NCBI GenBank assembly: GCA_041752275.1
Contig: JBGSHK010000019.1
Span: 1 to 34,631 of the forward strand
Direction of reading: 5' to 3'
DNA length: 34,631 nucleotides
Origin: Minisyncoccia bacterium
GTDB lineage: Bacteria > Patescibacteriota > Minisyncoccia > Phycocordibacterales > CAIZLB01
How positions within the stretch are numbered: position 1 is the first letter of the stretch; each line of letters starts with the position of its first letter. The notes beneath the pieces are model-generated. The model made no database searches. It was not told where the DNA came from and saw only the letters and a program-made list of their open reading frames with translations. The translations under genes and the position numbers were made by a program. Below are positions 32,816 through 34,631 of the stretch, one piece after another.

Positions 32816-34630
32816 CTATAAATGTTTTTTAAAAAATAGTTTTTTTACTATTTCATTTACAAATAAATATCCAATCACAATTGATATTAAAGTAATAAAT
32901 TGATTTAATGTTAAAGGTACAAGGTGGAATAAATTACCAAAACTAGTAAATGGTAATATGCCGGCTATGAAATAACATGTTATCAATCCAAATTTTAACA
33001 ATTTAGATATTTTTGGTGCTTTAAATATAGAAAATTCTGACCTCAAAGAGTAAACAAGGGTTAATTCAGCAAATACTGAAAACACAAACCAACCCGTTCT
33101 AAGTACTGTAATATCATAATCTTTGAAGAAGTAAAATAAAACAAAGTCAAATAAAGAACTGACCAAAGCAAAAGCTAATATCAATTTAAAAAATCTTTTT
33201 ATTTCAATTCGAATTGGTTTTTTTGTTAATTCAGCAGATATTCGATCTGATATCAAAAGTATTAAAGGTAAATCCGTTAGTAGATTGTTCAATAGTATTT
33301 GTATAGGTAACATCGGTACTTGTTGCCAAAATATAACCACTGCCGTCAATGAAAACAAAGTTCCTATATTTCCAGTTAAAGTACATATAAGATATGTTCT
33401 TATTTTTACAAAAGCTTCACGGCTTATTCTAACGGCTTCAACTATAGGACTCAGACTCTTTTCAAGAAGAATAACATCTCCAGATTGTCTTGCGATATCA
33501 GAGCCATTACTTACAACAAAGCCTATGTCAGCACGTCTTAGTGCAAGCGCGTCGTTTATACCTTCACCCATAAATCCAACAACTCCATGATTCAAATGTT
33601 TATCTATAAGAATGGATTTTTGTTCCGGTTTACATTTTGCATATACAAAATAGTTTTCAATCAATTCATCTTTAGAATCAATATAATTTTCCATTGAATA
33701 GCACAGATTTTTTCCTTTATTTGGATTTAAAATATTTCCAATATATTTTGCAACTTCTGAACTGTCTCCAGTTATAACTTTTACATTTACTTTTAAATCA
33801 TCTTCAAGGGTGTGATATGTTTCAATTGCATCAACTTTTAACGGATCTTCAAATGTAATTATTCCCTCGAGTTTATATTTTGAATCTCCTATGTTTTTTG
33901 ACGCAATAGCTAAAACTCTCATACCAAGGGACTCATATTCAGTACATTGTTTAATAAATAAATCTTTATTTTCATAATCTGTTGCTTCTATGACATCTGT
34001 ATACTGCCCTCTTGCAACTTCTTTGTTTTCAAATTCAAATATTTCATATCCACGTTTTGATTGAAAAGGTGTCACTTTCAACTCTATTGATTTAGTGTCA
34101 GTACCAAGTTTGTTTTTAATAGCAAGATCAAACACCTCAGACATGGGTGTTTTTTCATAAACCCCGTTTGACATGGTAAGTAAAATACTTTGCAGACTTC
34201 CATTTCCCATATTTACAATATCTTTCACCTTTAAACTATTTTCAGTAAGTGTACCTGTTTTGTCAGTAAAGAAATAATTCATAGTTCCAAGATTTTCAAG
34301 CACTGATAGTTTTTTAACTATTATTTTTTGTCTAGAAAGAATTAAAGCTTCGCGTGTTAAAATAATAGTTATAACCAAAGGTAATGATTCAGGTACAACT
34401 CCAATAAGCATTGATATAGAATACAAAATATATTCAGTAAATTGCATTTCTTGTGTAAATAAAACATTTATTCCAAACACTAATACCAAACAAATAATAG
34501 TCACTATAACAATAGTTTTACTAATTGTTTTTATAAATTTTTCAAAACTATTACTTTTTTTTGTTTCAGATATTTGTTTAGCATATTTCATGAGAGAATT
34601 TTCGCCGCCAACTGCTACAACTTGCCCTGT
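32816..34630 (-). CDS. P-type cation-transporting ATPase, MgtA/P3B-like; 5'-truncated by window
   Basis: Frame is open to the window edge (TGQVVAVGGENSLM...); PESLP, DKTGTLT, ITGD, KPEQK, GEGIND, MLPIQILLNNLLTD. Confidence 0.9.
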   Translation of the reverse strand, partial: TGQVVAVGGENSLMKYAKQISETKKSNSFEKFIKTISKTIVIVTIICLVLVFGINVLFTQEMQFTEYILYSISMLIGVVPESLPLVITIILTREALILSRQKIIVKKLSVLENLGTMNYFFTDKTGTLTENSLKVKDIVNMGNGSLQSILLTMSNGVYEKTPMSEVFDLAIKNKLGTDTKSIELKVTPFQSKRGYEIFEFENKEVARGQYTDVIEATDYENKDLFIKQCTEYESLGMRVLAIASKNIGDSKYKLEGIITFEDPLKVDAIETYHTLEDDLKVNVKVITGDSSEVAKYIGNILNPNKGKNLCYSMENYIDSKDELIENYFVYAKCKPEQKSILIDKHLNHGVVGFMGEGINDALALRRADIGFVVSNGSDIARQSGDVILLEKSLSPIVEAVRISREAFVKIRTYLICTLTGNIGTLFSLTAVVIFWQQVPMLPIQILLNNLLTDLPLILLISDRISAELTKKPIRIEIKRFFKLILAFALVSSLFDFVLFYFFKDYDITVLRTGWFVFSVFAELTLVYSLRSEFSIFKAPKISKLLKFGLITCYFIAGILPFTSFGNLFHLVPLTLNQFITLISIVIGYLFVNEIVKKLFFKKHL

Positions 34631-34631
34631 A

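Noticed and set aside
1-34631. Alternative genetic code (UGA=Gly/Trp), CRISPR array, rRNA, transposase/integrase
   Set aside because: All conserved genes translate full-length in code 11 with TGG for Trp and no in-frame TGA; no regularly spaced repeats, rRNA signatures or recombinase motifs were seen.

Overview
AT-rich (roughly 30% GC by eye) bacterial chromosomal segment, most likely Patescibacteria/CPR (Parcubacteria-like). Support: no uL30 in the spc operon, no Shine-Dalgarno (SD) motifs before ribosomal genes, extended uS5/uS19, a type IV pilin-like gene and a VirD4/HerA-like ATPase. Contents: 3' end of a Peptidase_S74-type protein gene, gatC-gatA, six tRNAs (fMet, Met/Ile2-CAT, Asp, Thr, Leu, Cys), two GerMN-like genes, TrmH and SAM methyltransferases, tuf, the S10-spc cluster through secY-adk-map (rpmC and rpmD missing), yihA, infB-rbfA, an IscS-like desulfurase, a PEP-CTERM-like gene, thrS and a partial P-type ATPase. 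The most interesting signals are non-coding. (1) Two copies of an ~86-nt covarying structured element sit behind the terminators of the tRNA-Asp and tRNA-Leu clusters, each with ends matching its own tRNA's T-arm. (2) A promoter- and terminator-bounded ~125-nt structured RNA lies antisense to the 3' end of a putative BECR-fold nuclease gene (toxin-antitoxin-like). (3) A minus-strand cassette after map has a 32-aa hydrophobic ORF and a 6-codon ORF behind a perfect AAGGAGGTGA, in an otherwise SD-less and apparently leaderless genome. All calls come from reading motifs by eye; no database searches or folding programs were run.
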